A DNA stretch of 64,000 nt from the human T2T-CHM13v2.0 reference genome, Homo sapiens. Position numbers and translations under genes: made by a program. Shown one piece after another: positions 27,351 to 41,164 of the stretch. Location of the stretch: assembly GCF_009914755.1 (NCBI RefSeq), contig NC_060935.1; one strand, 5' to 3'. Under the pieces are notes generated by a model, which did no database searches, was not told where the DNA came from, and saw only the letters and a program-made list of their open reading frames with translations. Numbering within the stretch: the first letter of the stretch is position 1; every line of letters begins with the position of its first letter.

Positions 27351-28432
27351 TAAATTTATTTTAGTGTTTTGCTACTCTGAACAATGCTGCATTAAACATG
27401 CTTGCAAACAACATTCTATGCCAGTTTGTCTGCACAATAAATTCTTAGAGGTGGAATTGCTGAGGCAAAACGTTTTTAAGTTTGGATTTTGCTGGATTTT
27501 ACCATATTGCTCTCCAAAAAGGAAATGATAGAGAAGAAAAACACCTACACACATTTTAGTAAAACTCTTATTCTTGTTAAGAATTCAGTCTTGAAAAGAG
27601 AGGGTGGAAACTAAAAGTTATCCGGATCTCTAATCTTATTGGAAATACTTCTCTTTAGCCACACATTTTTAGGCAACAAATTCTCAGGCTCCTAGCTTCA
27701 GCATGTTGGTTCAGACAGGATGTTTTGGATCTCAAGGCGAAATCCTGTGTGTTCTTAACCATCTCTCCACTCCCAAGTCCCCTGCCCCCATTTTCTGGGG
27801 GAAGGTCTTTTTTTTTTTTTTTTCTTCAACTTTGAGGATAAACATTTAGAGATTTCACACTCCTCTGGATGCAGAGGGGCCAGATTTCTGACGAGAGGAG
27901 GAAGTCATGGAAGAGCATCCACACGCAGAGGTCTGAAGCCAGTGGTTGCTAAGTGTTCCACTAGCCCAGCACGGGCCTCTCTGCCCCCTTGAATTCCTCC
28001 AGGCCCAGAACAGCTGGGCCCTGCCAGTGTCCTTCCCTCTGCTTCCAGTCCATTTGGCAGGGAGAGATGGGAGTTGTTAACAGGCTGATTTCCTTTTAGG
28101 GATGACTGCTCCACCAACCCCCAGCCAACTAGGAGCAGACACCCAAATGATGAAGATAATAAATGACATCCAAAGCCATGGTGAGGAGGGAGTGTTGAGT
28201 GACTCACGAGCCCCTGCATCCTCCCGTTACATTCCAAGAGCTGCCCTCCTTGGGACTTAGATCACTCCCTGAGAACAACACCCCAACCAGGCTGCGGAGG
28301 AAGACCAGCTGCTGTTTGCTGGCCTGCATGACAGGGACCAGGTGAGGGCCCTGGCTGGAAACAAGTTCTGGATTTTTATTTTGGCCTGGTCTTTTGAATA
28401 GGCTGGTGACCCTGGCTATTGTAAGAGCCCTG

Positions 28433-28582
28433 ACTGGGGTAGGCACAGGAGGACAGGGGTCCCTAGAGGCTAGACCGTGAACCCCTTATAAGAGCAGAAA
28501 TGAGACACAGGGCATTTCTACTTTTATAAGGGGTTCACAGTCTAGCCTCTAGGGACCCCCGTCCTCCTGTGCCTAGCCCAGT
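28433..28582. repeat. Long inverted repeat: 70-bp arms, 10-nt spacer, 65/70 complementary
   Basis: Arms 28433-28502 and 28513-28582 aligned by hand, no indels. Confidence 0.95.
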
Positions 28583-28599
28583 GTCCTGGAGGGAGACAG

Positions 28600-29130
28600 A
28601 CCTAATAGCTTGGTGACCCTGGACATGTCAGTTCATTTCTCTGAATCTTGGTTTTTCCTTCTACAAAATGGGCATAAGAACTCAATACCAGATCTCTAGT
28701 GTTAATAATTAAGGAGCTAATTCATGTTAAGTGCTTGGCATGGAACCAGGCTCATATAAAGCACTTAATATTCCTTGCTGTTATTACCACATATACCACT
28801 CCTCTTAACCCATGTTGCAAATAAGACATTGGAAGATATGGTCTGACTGTGGCTGTCACCCATGCCCATGACTTGTGATAATAATAGTGGGCACTTACAT
28901 AGACCTTATTGTGTTCCATCACTTTGTATTTATTGAATTATTTAATCCTGCCGAACCCTATACGTAACTATGAGATAGGTTCTGTTTTTATCCCCATTTT
29001 ATGCATGAATAAACTGAGGCACAGAGAGGTTGAGCAACTAGCCCATAGTTAGTAAATGGTGGAGCCAGGATTCAAACCAAGATTGTCGGTTCCAAAATCT
29101 ATTTTCCTAACCATGATGTCATTCTGCCGC
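28600..29130. mobile_element. Two MIRs (~28600-28780 plus, ~28880-29130 minus)
   Basis: gtgaccctggaca..ctctgaatc..aaaatgggcataa; ccccattttat..aaactgaggcacagagaggtt..ggagccaggattcaaacc. Confidence 0.75.
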
Positions 29131-29989
29131 TCAGTATATATTACATTTCTATAGAAAAGTTTTCCAAACATAGCAGTCCACTGACATTTACTTTTCTCTG
29201 TTTTCTTTCATTAAAAAAGTTTTTTCTTGTAATAGCTATAAAGCATTATAAAAAATTTTGAACATATGGAAATATAACAATATTTTCCCACAGTGCTACT
29301 ACCTACAGCAGAGGGGCAGTTCTTTTTTATTTCCAATCCTTTGTGGACTGTGATGTCCTACTGTGTGTGACTACTATGCAGCTTGTGTAACCTGTAATTC
29401 TCCACTGGAGTTGGACAGCAGTCAAGCTGGTCTATACCCTGTTCAACTAGACAGTGCCATGGTACACCCTCCTGAATGTCATAGCAATATCAAATTGCTA
29501 AATATTTCTAAATGTTTATTATAAGTTCTTGTCTTATCATGGACAGGGAGCAAACAGTTCCCAGGCTGATGCTGGTCTGCAGATCACACTCTGTGTAGCA
29601 CTGACCTAGATAAACACTGTTTGCATTTTATCATATTTATTTCCAAGTTTCTTGTGTGTGTGTATTTTGTTGTTTTTAGCTTGTATATACTTTTTGATTT
29701 TTTTCTCATTACATTACCCATTACAATGTTACAGTAAATAATTCTTGTATATCTTCTTTAGTGACTATAATGTAAATAATATAGCCATTTGGAAGATGTA
29801 CCATAGATTACCAACCTTTTCCCTCATTGTTGGAGCTTAGGTATGTTTTCAGTTATTTGCTGTCATAAAAATACATTGATTAAGTTTTATATAAATATTT
29901 TTTCCATATTTAGTGTTACTTCTTTAGGGTAAATTTCCTAGAATGGAATTACTGGGTCAAACATTATGAAGGCTTTTAAATTTCTTGAT

Positions 29990-30097
29990 AGATGGCAGAA
30001 GGATCACTTGAGCCCAGGAGTTTGAGACCAGCCTGGGCAACATAGTGAGACCCAATCTCTATTAAAAAATAAAAATTAAAACATAAATAAATAAAAA
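29990..30097 (+). mobile_element. Alu left-monomer fragment within old L1M sequence
   Basis: ggcagaaggatcacttgagcccaggagtttgagaccagcctgggcaacatagtgagacc followed by an A-rich tail. Confidence 0.85.
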
Positions 30098-32029
30098 TTA
30101 CTTGATATATATGCCTGATCAAATTCAAATTACTTTTTAAAAGGGATGTGCCAACATATGTTCCCAGCCGTAGTCTATGAGAGTGCCTATTTAACTATAT
30201 TATTTTTAGCATTTATTGTTTTAATTTATTACATTTGCTTTGTGGGAACAACTTTAATTGTTTTTATTTGAATTTCCATGATTACCAGTGAGGTTGAATG
30301 TTTTTCGTGCATAAACCCATTTATATTTCTCCTTTTGCTTTATAATTAGTTGAGCACTAGAATAAAAATATATTACTTTGAGTAGATTTCAAACTACTTC
30401 AGATTGGAGGGCAAGTCAATGTGTGTAGAAAGTCTGTGCATATGGACATACCTTATCTCCACTGTCTAGATCCTTCTCTTTTTCTCTGCTCTTGGAATTG
30501 GGGAGTACTTTTATATGACCTTGATGGTCCTTGTCTTTAGAAAAATGCACTTGAATTCCAACCAAATACTATGTATTGATAATGTAGCAAGTGTATGGGA
30601 CTTTTCTTGAGTATTTCCAATTATTTCTTCAGCCTTATTAAAAATTTTTCTTTCCTTCCGTCTCTTTTTTGTGAGTTGGGCCTATTTTGTAAGTATTACA
30701 TACCAGTTTGAATTAATTAATTTTTGCAACTGTTTTGCATCCAGTGGAATTTCTGACATATTTTTGTTAATTATAGGGAAAGCAAGAAGAATATTTGAAA
30801 TCTGGGTTATTTTGGGAACTTCTAGATGCCTGAACACAAATATTTAACTGTATTCCCATGTGATCTGTGCTATACTAGCAGTGTGGGCAAAGGGAGGCCT
30901 GAGGAGCAACATAGGCAGTTGGGGCTGGAGTCTGGCAATAAATGTTGACCTGTATTTCCCTTGAAGACTTTTTGAGGGCTCATTTGTTGTTTAATAACAT
31001 GAGGAGATGTTTATCAATAAGACAGTGATTTCTCAGTGTGCACCAAAGTGCACACTTTCAAAGTGTGTGCCACTGCGGCATGTAGTGGGACCAGGGTATT
31101 CCATCACGGTCGATTCCCACCTTAACAAGCCTTAGGTCCTTTCCCTGGGCTGGTAGTTATTTTTAAGCAAGACAAAAGAGCATACTTGGAATCTGCAGCG
31201 ACCTCACAGGCAAATAATTATAAGTGGCTAAAATATGTGGATATCTGTTTTACATTTAGGAAAGCTATGTTAATAAATATCTACAGAAAAAATGTATTAT
31301 GCTCAACTTTTTGGAAAAAGCAAGGTTAAAGGGGCTTCTTTTCCTGCTAAGGCTTAACACACTATTTCAATTTCCAAAGAAGAGGCAAAGGTGGGATTTA
31401 ATATGCAGTTTTTTCAGAACTTTTTTTGCCAATGGGATCCTGTTTTTCAAAAAGCACCTACTAACCTCTTGCACAGTACCATTCTGCAGCACACACAGAC
31501 AATGGAGCATGCTGGTGCCAGCCCAGTGTCTGTGGCATTGATGTTTACCTTGGTCATGAATCTTACGAAGTTGAAGACATCGTACTGAAGTATAGAATTA
31601 TCTGTGAAGTGGGAATGATGGTCCCTACTTTAGAAAGGGCTGGATTTGAAATGCATTCACGTCCCCCAACTTTCCTTTGCATCCAGTGACAGAACAGTAA
31701 CATTTAGGGAACAATAGGATTGGGAAACCATGATCGCAGGGCATGAAAAAATGTTTTTAAAATAATCAAGACAGCCTAATATGTTAGGATATTTTATACA
31801 ATTTACAATACCAGTGCAATACTTACTGCACAGTAGCTAAGGTGTAATATAGGCATGGGAGTGTGATTGCTTGTGTCAAATCTAGACTTTGCCACTTAAT
31901 TACCTTTAAGCAGTTAGTCAACCCATCAGAATTTTCAAGTTCCCCAACTAGAGAATGTAGATAATAATTTCACCCATTTATAGGGTTGATAGAGGGATTA
32001 AAAATTCATGTAAAGTGTTATAACCTCGT

Positions 32030-32417
32030 GTATGAGTCAAGGCCCTGGGAGGGAACGCTTTGCATACTCTATGGAGTGATTGAAGAGAGTAGTGGAGGGA
32101 CCATTTACAAAGAGTGGGTTTGAAGGGAACCAGTGAGGGCGAAGTGCCCCAAGGCAACAGCAGGGAGCAGTGACTACCCTTAGATAAGAAGTAAGGGGAC
32201 AGGATATTGACCAGCAGCTGGGGAGAAAGCCATAGGCACAGAAGAGGGCCTCAGCAGAAACTGTGGCCCTCATAAGAGCAAAACCATAACTGCCAATGTG
32301 TGGCCCAGCAGGGAGGGAACCAGGGGAATAAACATCCATTATTCCTGACGTCATCCATTGGCCAAACTCAACCACAGTACAGAGTGGATCTGGAGGGGCA
32401 AGTGGATATTTAGCATA
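32030..32417 (-). mobile_element. ERVL LTR (LTR33-like), flanked by MIR pieces
   Basis: gggaccatttacaaagagtggg..aagggaacca..gagtggatctggaggggcaa. Confidence 0.6.
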
Positions 32418-35405
32418 GTAAATGTTAACTAAGGTTGATGGGTACTATGCAGTTAATTTCCTTTTTCCCCCTTGGTCACAAGAAGTTCTATAGGATTGCT
32501 ATTACTATATGTGTAACTTTTGGAAAATTGAAAATTACTTAACCACATGGTGCCTAAGCTTTTTCTGTCTTGGTAAAGGAGATACTACTAGTATATTCCC
32601 ATGATGTAAGTAAGATAATGAGTTAATACACATCAAGTGCATAGAACAAATAATGTCTGACCCATAGTAGGCTCTCAATAAATGTGAAGCAGTGAGCTGT
32701 TTTCCTTCTTCACAATTTCAAAGAGATGTTGACATGTACATTCTGCTTTGTTTCAGAGACTACACACACATACGTAAGAAGGAGCTTATTTTCCTCCTGG
32801 GTCTGGCCCTCTGTCAGAAAGTTGAATGCCTTTCTCATTTTCGTACTCGGAGTGGTTGAGTCTCCATTCTGGGCCTCAACCGAGTCTCAGAAATCCAAAT
32901 ACATTTTTCTGATGCTGATGGTAACTTTTCTGTAACGTACTTGGCACGGCTGAGAATATGTCGTTCTCATTCCCTCTCTATAGCCTGTGGTTAGCCCTGC
33001 CCATTAAATCTTGGTACTAAAGCACATATTATCAGCCCTGCTGGCACATGCCTCGCTGCCTCCTTCCCCACAGGGGCCAGCACAGGGCAGCTCGAAGGGC
33101 CTGTCCCCTCTTCTCAGTCTCCCTTCTCTCTCCCTTTTTCCCAAGGCTTCATTGTGAAACCCCTACTGTACTCTGCCTTGTATTTAACCCACTCCTGTCC
33201 CCCTCCCTCTTCCATTCCTATTTATCATAATAGGAGGAGGGGGAGAAGGAATCTTCTTGTTTTTCCAGTTTTGCCAGGAGCAGCCTGAGTCCTTAGTTTT
33301 GAGGTCACTAGGGTGGGGAGCAACAGGTACCCTGATTAGTCCCCTAGCAGGTGATGGAAGCCTACACAACCTTTAGGGAAGCTGAAGGCTTTTGCATGGT
33401 GATGATAGGAGGCCCCCAGCCTTCTCTGTGCCCAGCCAGTGCTCTGAGCATTTCCACTGTGTGCGTGGGAGGTTCTGATGCGGTGGGACTCAGAAGGTAG
33501 CAGGTCAAATACTTGAGGTATGTGCTCAATGTTTAGTTATGAGGAGAAACTGACATTACATTAACAAAGCCAGTAAGCCGGTTTCTTTATATTCAAAATA
33601 AGAGATTAGATTTGTTTATTTCATGTCATTTTCTGCACTAGGCAATGTCTTAGAAAATATAGGAAAGGAGTTAAAATTTAGCTACTCAGATACATTGCTC
33701 ATTCCCACCAAACAACTCTAATGTCTAGGGTTAGTTTAGTTTCAAACTTTCAGCTGACCTGCACCTCCCAACATCAGGTTCTGTCAGCCAGCTGGTTTTG
33801 GGGTTGGCACCTCTAGTTACACCTTGCACCTTGCACTTTTGGCAGTGTAAACATGTTCATCCAAAGTAGCTCTCAGAGAGAACTGTGATTTTTAACCCTC
33901 TCTCACCAAATGCACTATCTTCTTTGACAGAAATGGAAACAATTTACACTTTACCAGTTATGGAAGAAGCAGCATGTAGAAACCTGAGTTAACTGGTACC
34001 ATATTTCCAATTTATTCTAGGGATATTTCAGCATTTCTTATAAACTCGCACCCCAGGCAGCTGCCCAGTTGGCTCACCGTTTAATATAGCTCTTTTTTTT
34101 TTTTAATCACTGAGAAATGCTTGGATAGGAGGCTTGCCAGGACCTCAGTAGTATGGCCTATGTGTAGTCTATTTATTCATTTTTTCAGCAAATACTAGAA
34201 GTTATCCCAGCCTGCATTACCATCAGGTCTTAGGGTTGCAGATTATAGCAGGATATTCCAGGGTACCAGTGCTTAGGAATGAAAGGCTTATGATTTGGGG
34301 AGATGAGTCCATTTGTTGCAGGGATGCTGATAGAGCAAGGTCCAGTTCCTTGGGGATGCAAAGGAGAGCATGAGGGCCCCAAAAAAGGGTCCAGTCCTAA
34401 AGGGATTCAAGAGTGCGCTCAGTCTGGGTGGGCCCAGGAGGGAAGAGGGAAAGCCCTTGGTGCTAGGACCCAATCAGAGCCTCCACAGAAGCAGAATTTG
34501 AAGTTGCTGGCAGAAGGAGTTCCTTTTGTATCCTAAATCTTCTGCAGTTGGGCTATCCCTTCATGGGCATGGGATGGCAGGTGGCCAGGGCCATGTGCCA
34601 ATAATTAGATGGGGACTGGAGAGGCTGCTGAGACTGAAAGAAAGTGCTGAATTTGGCCCCATTTAGGGTAGCGCGGGTGGCCCTGTTTGCTTACAGCTGT
34701 GGAGCTTGAGTCATTAGGGGTCCTGGCCAGATGCTTTGGACATGTGGCATAGCCCAAAGCACTTTTGGTCCTGGCACCTGACCCTGGCCATCGTTACATC
34801 CTCATCTTTTCTGGAGCTTAATGACCCATTGTCTGAAGTCACTGAAGAAAGCTGTGGAAGGCCAAGGAGAAAACCCTGTAATGTAATTGACATGGTTCTC
34901 CCAAGGTCCATATGGGAGCAGTAGTGAAAGTCATTCACATGTGTCTAGTTTTACAGTTTACAAAGGTGGGAATCTGGGCTGGGTCAGCTACCGTCTGGGT
35001 ATCTAGGTGCAACTCATTTAAACCCTTTTAGCCTCAGTTTCCTCATTTATAAAACAGATAATAAAAGTCTCTGCCTGACCCATCTAACAGGTTTTTCATT
35101 TGAGAGAATAGGCTTTTTCCTTCTGGGCAAGAAAAAAGAGTCCAAAGAGAAAGGAACAAGAACAACAAAAAGGTGGGGCTGGGACAGGTCCAGAGGAAAG
35201 GCCAGGAATCAGATTTTTGATGTGAGATGGTAAAGAAGCATGCTGTCTTCTTCAGATTGCCTAAAATTGCACCATATACCTTTGAGTGGGCATTGAAATT
35301 GCTTCACTGAATTCAAATTACATTGTAATTATGCTTTCCCTGATTACAAATTTAACACATGCGTCTAGGAAAAAGTTTAGAAAAATATATTAAGTATAAA
35401 GAAAA

Positions 35406-35567
35406 GCCAGGAGTGTTGCCTCATGCCTATAATCCCAGCACTTTGGGAGGCTGAGCAGGAGGATCACTTGGGCCCTGGAGGTCAAGGCTGCAGTGAGCCG
35501 TGAGTCCACCACTGAACTCCAGCCTGCATGACAGAGTGAGACCCTGTCTCAAGAAAATAATAATAAA
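35406..35567 (+). mobile_element. Alu monomer (FRAM/FAM-like)
   Basis: gccagg..tcatgcctataatcccagc..gaggtcaaggctgcagtgagc..gagaccctgtctc followed by an A-tail. Confidence 0.85.
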
Positions 35568-35661
35568 GACAAAAAATAAACCATAGTGTTTTTGCTATTA
35601 ATATTTGGATATGTTTTCTCTTTCATTGTTCATATATCTAATATTGCAATAATAGAATTAG

Positions 35662-35973
<312 letters not shown>

Positions 35974-36056
35974 TCAATTATGAGACCCAAGCTTTTTCAG
36001 TGTTATTTATACATGTATATGTTTTTAGCTTTGTTTTTACAAAAATGAAATCATAC

Positions 36057-36465
36057 TGTGTATTAGGGTTATCCAGAGAAACAGAACCAGTAGGGAAGAT
36101 ATACACACACACAAACACACATTGATTTTAAGGAGTTGGCTCAGGTGATTGTGGAGGCTGGGAAGTCCAAAATCCATAAGCAACCCAGCAGGCTGGAAAT
36201 TCAGGCAGGAATTAATTAATTCTATTGTTTTACGATAGAATTCCATTTTCTCTGAGAAATCTCAGTTTTTATTCTTAAGGCTTTTGACTGATTGGATGAG
36301 GTCCAGCCACGTTATGGAGGATAACCTCATTTACTTAAAGTCAACTGATTGTGGACGTTACCCACATCTGCAAAATACCTTCAGAGCAACATCTAGATTA
36401 GTGGTTGATTAAATAACAGGATACTGTATCCTAGCCAAGGTGACATATAAAACTAAAGTATAACA
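36057..36465 (-). mobile_element. MLT2 (ERVL) LTR
   Basis: tgtattagggttatccagagaaacagaacc..ggagttggctca..aaagtcaactgatt..ctagccaaggtgacatataaaa. Confidence 0.85.
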
Positions 36466-36611
36466 TGCTGCATATCCCACTTTTGTATTTTGATTTTTTT
36501 TTACTTTACATGTCATGAACATTTTCCCGTAACACCAAACGTTCTACAAGAATTTGATATTTAATGACTATATTGACTTTTCATCAAATGGCTTTCTCAT
36601 GATTTATTTAA

Positions 36612-36954
<343 letters not shown>

Positions 36955-38624
36955 TGTATCTGGTTTTTATTATAAACATTCTTATTGACATCTTTTTGTG
37001 CATTTTCTTCTTATGTATGTCTTATTAGACCCTAGAATATATTCATTAGCCTGGAATTACTGGGTCAAAAGGTATGAAGATTTTAAGCTTTTGATGTACA
37101 TTGCTAACATTTCCCTGGGATGTTGCTTCTCAAAGTGTGATCCTTGGGCCAATATCATTAGTATCAAAGCAGATTCACTGTTTTGATGTTTAAAATGTGT
37201 ATATCTGTGATATATTAGCATCTGGAAATATCAATTCCTTGGGAGGCTGGAACCATCTTTTTTAAGGCTTATTTCTGATGTTTCAGTTCTACCTTGCGTG
37301 CCTTCAGGAAAAATAGTGGATAAATTTAGTTTTCTACTGTAGGCATCATAGATAGAACTGATGCTAGGGAAAGCCCATAGACATGTACACTGCTATTCTT
37401 TGGAGTTGAAGCATAGAGGAGATAAACCATGAAAGGATGTTTTTTAATGTTTCATTTAAAAGATGCCCAGTAAACAGTTCTTTCCAGCCAGCTTTTAAAG
37501 GTGTTTTTTGAAATCAGGAAATTGTAAATATTCACTATGGGGACATGGGAGAAGGGATTTCTTAGGCTCCAGTTACATGTTACAGTGTCCAATTTTTTCT
37601 CCTCTTGGTCTCTTCTCACACCCTCCTAAATGTCCCCAGCTGCTCAAATGATCACCAGCACAGAGGAAAGCAGTTTGATGCTCTAAGGCCTGGAAGTATT
37701 AGGTTCTCCCTGCATCACTCTCAGAGTGTACATGGCTCAGCCCTCTTGAAGGACCTCAGCATGAGGACAGAGCCCTGACAGGTGGCTTTGAGGTGCAGAA
37801 GTGTTTTGTGATTAGAGGCCTTTTTGCACCTCATAAGGAGTAGGTCTCCCTGCCATCTGATCCATCCTGCCTTCCATTGCTAAAATAAATCTTCCTAAAA
37901 CACAGGCTTCTCTGTTGTTCAGGAACCTGCAATGAGTCCCCATCCTTTTAAAGAGGAAGTATAAATTCTTTAGTCCAGGTTTAAGGACTCTAGAGTCTGG
38001 CTCTTACTTGGCTTTGTTTTCCTTTGCTTTATAATAGCAATTTCTACTGACTGTTTTTCACGTGTGTCCTGCCAGTTCTAAGGTCTGCACCTTTGCTTGG
38101 GCATTCCCCTGTTGTCACCACATGCCCCCACCCCGACCTGGCCCTACTTATTAAATCCAGCCACTGCGACCCCATTGTCTCTCACATGTCTGGCCCTGCA
38201 GCCTTTCCTGTCGCAGCAGTGAACCCAGGCTCATATGCCTCCTGTGCCACTGACCGTTTCATGTTTGGGGTTGGTTTTCCCAAATTGATTGTGCATTCCT
38301 GGTTTGTGGTGAGCACATCCTCTCCTGTTCTCAGCCCTCTCGGTTGGCTGAGCTGCAGACCATACCTAGTGATGCACTGATTACTTGGGCCACAGCAGCC
38401 TCTCAGGAGGCCTCTGTCTTGGTTTCACTGCACTTCACAAAGCTGGGGACTGCTTGGGAGCTGGACCCAATGTTTTCATCCCTGTGCCTCTCAGCCAGAC
38501 CCTGTGATGAAGAGGTCAGGGATGGTTCCTTCGGAGGCTGGGGTGTAGAGTACATGCTTTGTTGGAATCCCAGCTAACTAGTTCTGGGAAGTTGGCCATA
38601 TCACTTAGTTTTTTTCATTTATCC

Positions 38625-39125
38625 AGTTCAGAACTGCTCACTTAACAAATATTTCTTAAGACCCTACTATTTACTAAGCCCTATGTTAGGGGTTGGAGGA
38701 TATAGTAGTGAATAGGGTAGACTAGGTTTCTGACCCCATGGACCAGACAGGCAATATAAAACAAATAATGATAATTTTAGATAATAGTGGCTTGGTGGGA
38801 AGCGGGGTGGTCACTTCAGAGCAGATGGCTAAGGAAGGCCTCCCTGAGGACAGATATTTCAGTGGGGATTGGAATAGTGAAGTGGGACTAACTATGATCT
38901 TGGGAATGAATGTTCCAGAAAGAGGGGTCAGTAGGTACAGCCACGAGAGTTCAAGGAACCAAAAGGAGGCCCCCATGGCTGAAGCACGGAGGACCTGGGA
39001 GAGGCCGAGGGGGATGGTGCTAGATGTTGGGCCAAAGGTAGGTCCCACAGGGCCTTGCAGGGCCACTGGAAGCCTATGAATTTTCCTAAGGACATATGGA
39101 AAGTCATTAGAGGATTTTAGCAAGT
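38625..39125 (-). mobile_element. L2 3' region
   Basis: aacaaatatt..gaaggcctccctgagga..gaatgttccaga..gagttcaaggaac..cagggccttgcagggcca. Confidence 0.75.
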
Positions 39126-39315
39126 GAGTGACCAGTTCTGGTTTCTTAACAGTGCCTGCTTCATTAAACATCAAATACAATTAAGTAAGGTTATATATAT
39201 ATAATATGTAGTGGTGTGCCTGGTACACAGAGATGCTTCAGAAGAGGTAATTATTGTTTTCACATTTTGGAGACAGAATGGTTATCTCCTACAGTTTGAC
39301 CTTAAAATCTGGGGT

Positions 39316-39817
39316 TGTGGTAGGCTGAATAGTGGCAGCCCGAAAGTGTCTATGTCCTAATCCCTGGAATTGTAGGTATGTTATCTTCTATGGTAAAGGA
39401 GAATTAAAGTTGCAGATGGAGTTAAGGTTGCTAATCAGCTGGCCTTAACATAGGGAGAGTTTCCTGAGTTATCCAGGTGCACCGAATGTGATCACAAGTG
39501 TCCTTAAAAGTGGAAGAGAGGACAGAAGAAAGAGTCAGAAGGAAGTGTGACTATGGAAGAATGGCCATGAAGATGTGACATCACTGGCTTTTAAGATGGA
39601 GTAAGGGGCCACAAACCAAAAAATAGGGGTGGCTGCTAGAAGATGGGAAAGGCAAGGAAATGGATTCTCCCCTAGAGCCCTCAGAACGGAATGCAGCCCT
39701 GCCAGCATGTTGATTTTAGCTCGACTTCTAACCTCCAGAATTGTGAAATAATAAATTAGTGTTGTAAGCCACTAAGCATTTACTAATTTGTTAGAGCCAC
39801 AGTTGGAAGCAAGTACG
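39316..39817 (+). mobile_element. MaLR LTR (MLT1D/C-like)
   Basis: tgtggtaggctgaata..gtcctaatccctggaa..ttgcagatggagttaaggttgctaatcagct..gattctcccctagagcc..ataataaatt..taagccactaa. Confidence 0.85.
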
Positions 39818-40839
39818 AAGTTTTTGCACCAAACATTGTCAACTGCAGTTTAGTACATTCCAGTATTACCCTTGACCCATGCAATTTTAATTCTTTCTTG
39901 AGTTCACTGCCTATTAATTGGTACCTGCTACATGCCAGGCTGTCTGAGACAGCATCTTTGCTTTTGCAGAGTTGACTATCTAGGGGACTTGCTATTGTTT
40001 TCTGTAAACTCTAGGAGTACCAAATTCCAAATGTGCCTCTAGGTGGCACATAGTAGCCTCTCAAGTACACTGGTGAAGTGACTCCCACTTTTAATTGATC
40101 CAGGAGGGCAGGAGAGACTACAGAGCTCATGGTAAGGGATTAGGCTCTCAGCCCTAGGCATCTCCGGGCTGGGCCACCCAGGCCCCCGGGACTGCAGGGC
40201 AGGGATCAGGTTTGCCTTGTGCTGGCCTGGGCTCTGCTTGAAGTCCTATCTGCCCTTTCCTCATCTTCAGGGCTCAGCCCACAGGCCTCCTCCAGGAACA
40301 CCCCTGCCTACCCCAGGCCACAGGAAGCATTCCCTCCAAGGTCTGCCTTTCCCCCCGGCAGGGACTCCGGGCCAGCTGCTCCATCTCTTGGGCTGCGGTT
40401 ATTTTCTCTTTACTGTCGGCTCCTGTCTGTGGAGACAGGCCTGTGCCAGGCATACATTCAGGGGCTCAGCAATGCCTGTGGTTTGATTGGTTGGGTCTAG
40501 ATCCGAAGGATTGCTATACGAGGGCTTTTGCTTTATCCTTTTAGGGAAGTTCATTCTCTCTCGTTGCTTCTCCTCCTCCTTTTGGAGACATCACTAGAAA
40601 ATCTCAGCAGCAGGAGCCCAGTGCCTACGCCAGCCCATCTTTCACACTGTAGCTGCCAGAATGTTCATTCCCAAACCAAACTCTGACCTAGTTCCTCCTC
40701 CAGTGGAAAACTACTGAGGATCCCTTCTTCTCCCCACCCCATCTATAGCTATGGCTTTCAGTGTTAAAAAGAAAGAAATAAATGAAAGTTATGTGGACCC
40801 TTCTTTTTCAATAAAGTATCGCATGGAATGTTCATCATT

Positions 40840-41075
40840 AAGCATCTGGACTCTGGCATCAGACAGACCTGGGTCCAAATGCAGGCTCTGCCACTTACCT
40901 GTATAACCTCAGGCAAGCTGTCTAACCTCGCCGTACCTCACTTTTCTCAGCTGTAAAATGGGGGTGTGATACTGACGATCCCTAGTTCATGAGGCTGTTG
41001 TGGAGATCAAGTATGGTACTTAGCAGAGTACCTGGCCTGGTATAGCTACCAAATAAATGTTAGCTAATGTTACTA
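40840..41075 (+). mobile_element. MIR
   Basis: ggactctggcatcagacagacctgggtccaaat..ggctctgccacttac..ctgtaaaatggg. Confidence 0.8.
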
Positions 41076-41164
41076 GAGCACAAGTTAATTTTCTAAGTTC
41101 TAACTTATAACAGTTATAAAGCTTATCAGTGACAATAATTTGGCTGTTTGGATGAACAAAGGAT

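Noticed and set aside
31036-31067. Overlapping 8-bp palindromes (gtgtgcac/gtgcacac, cacacttt/aaagtgtg)
   Set aside because: Short stems, probably a decayed hAT-MITE end or chance; no other support.
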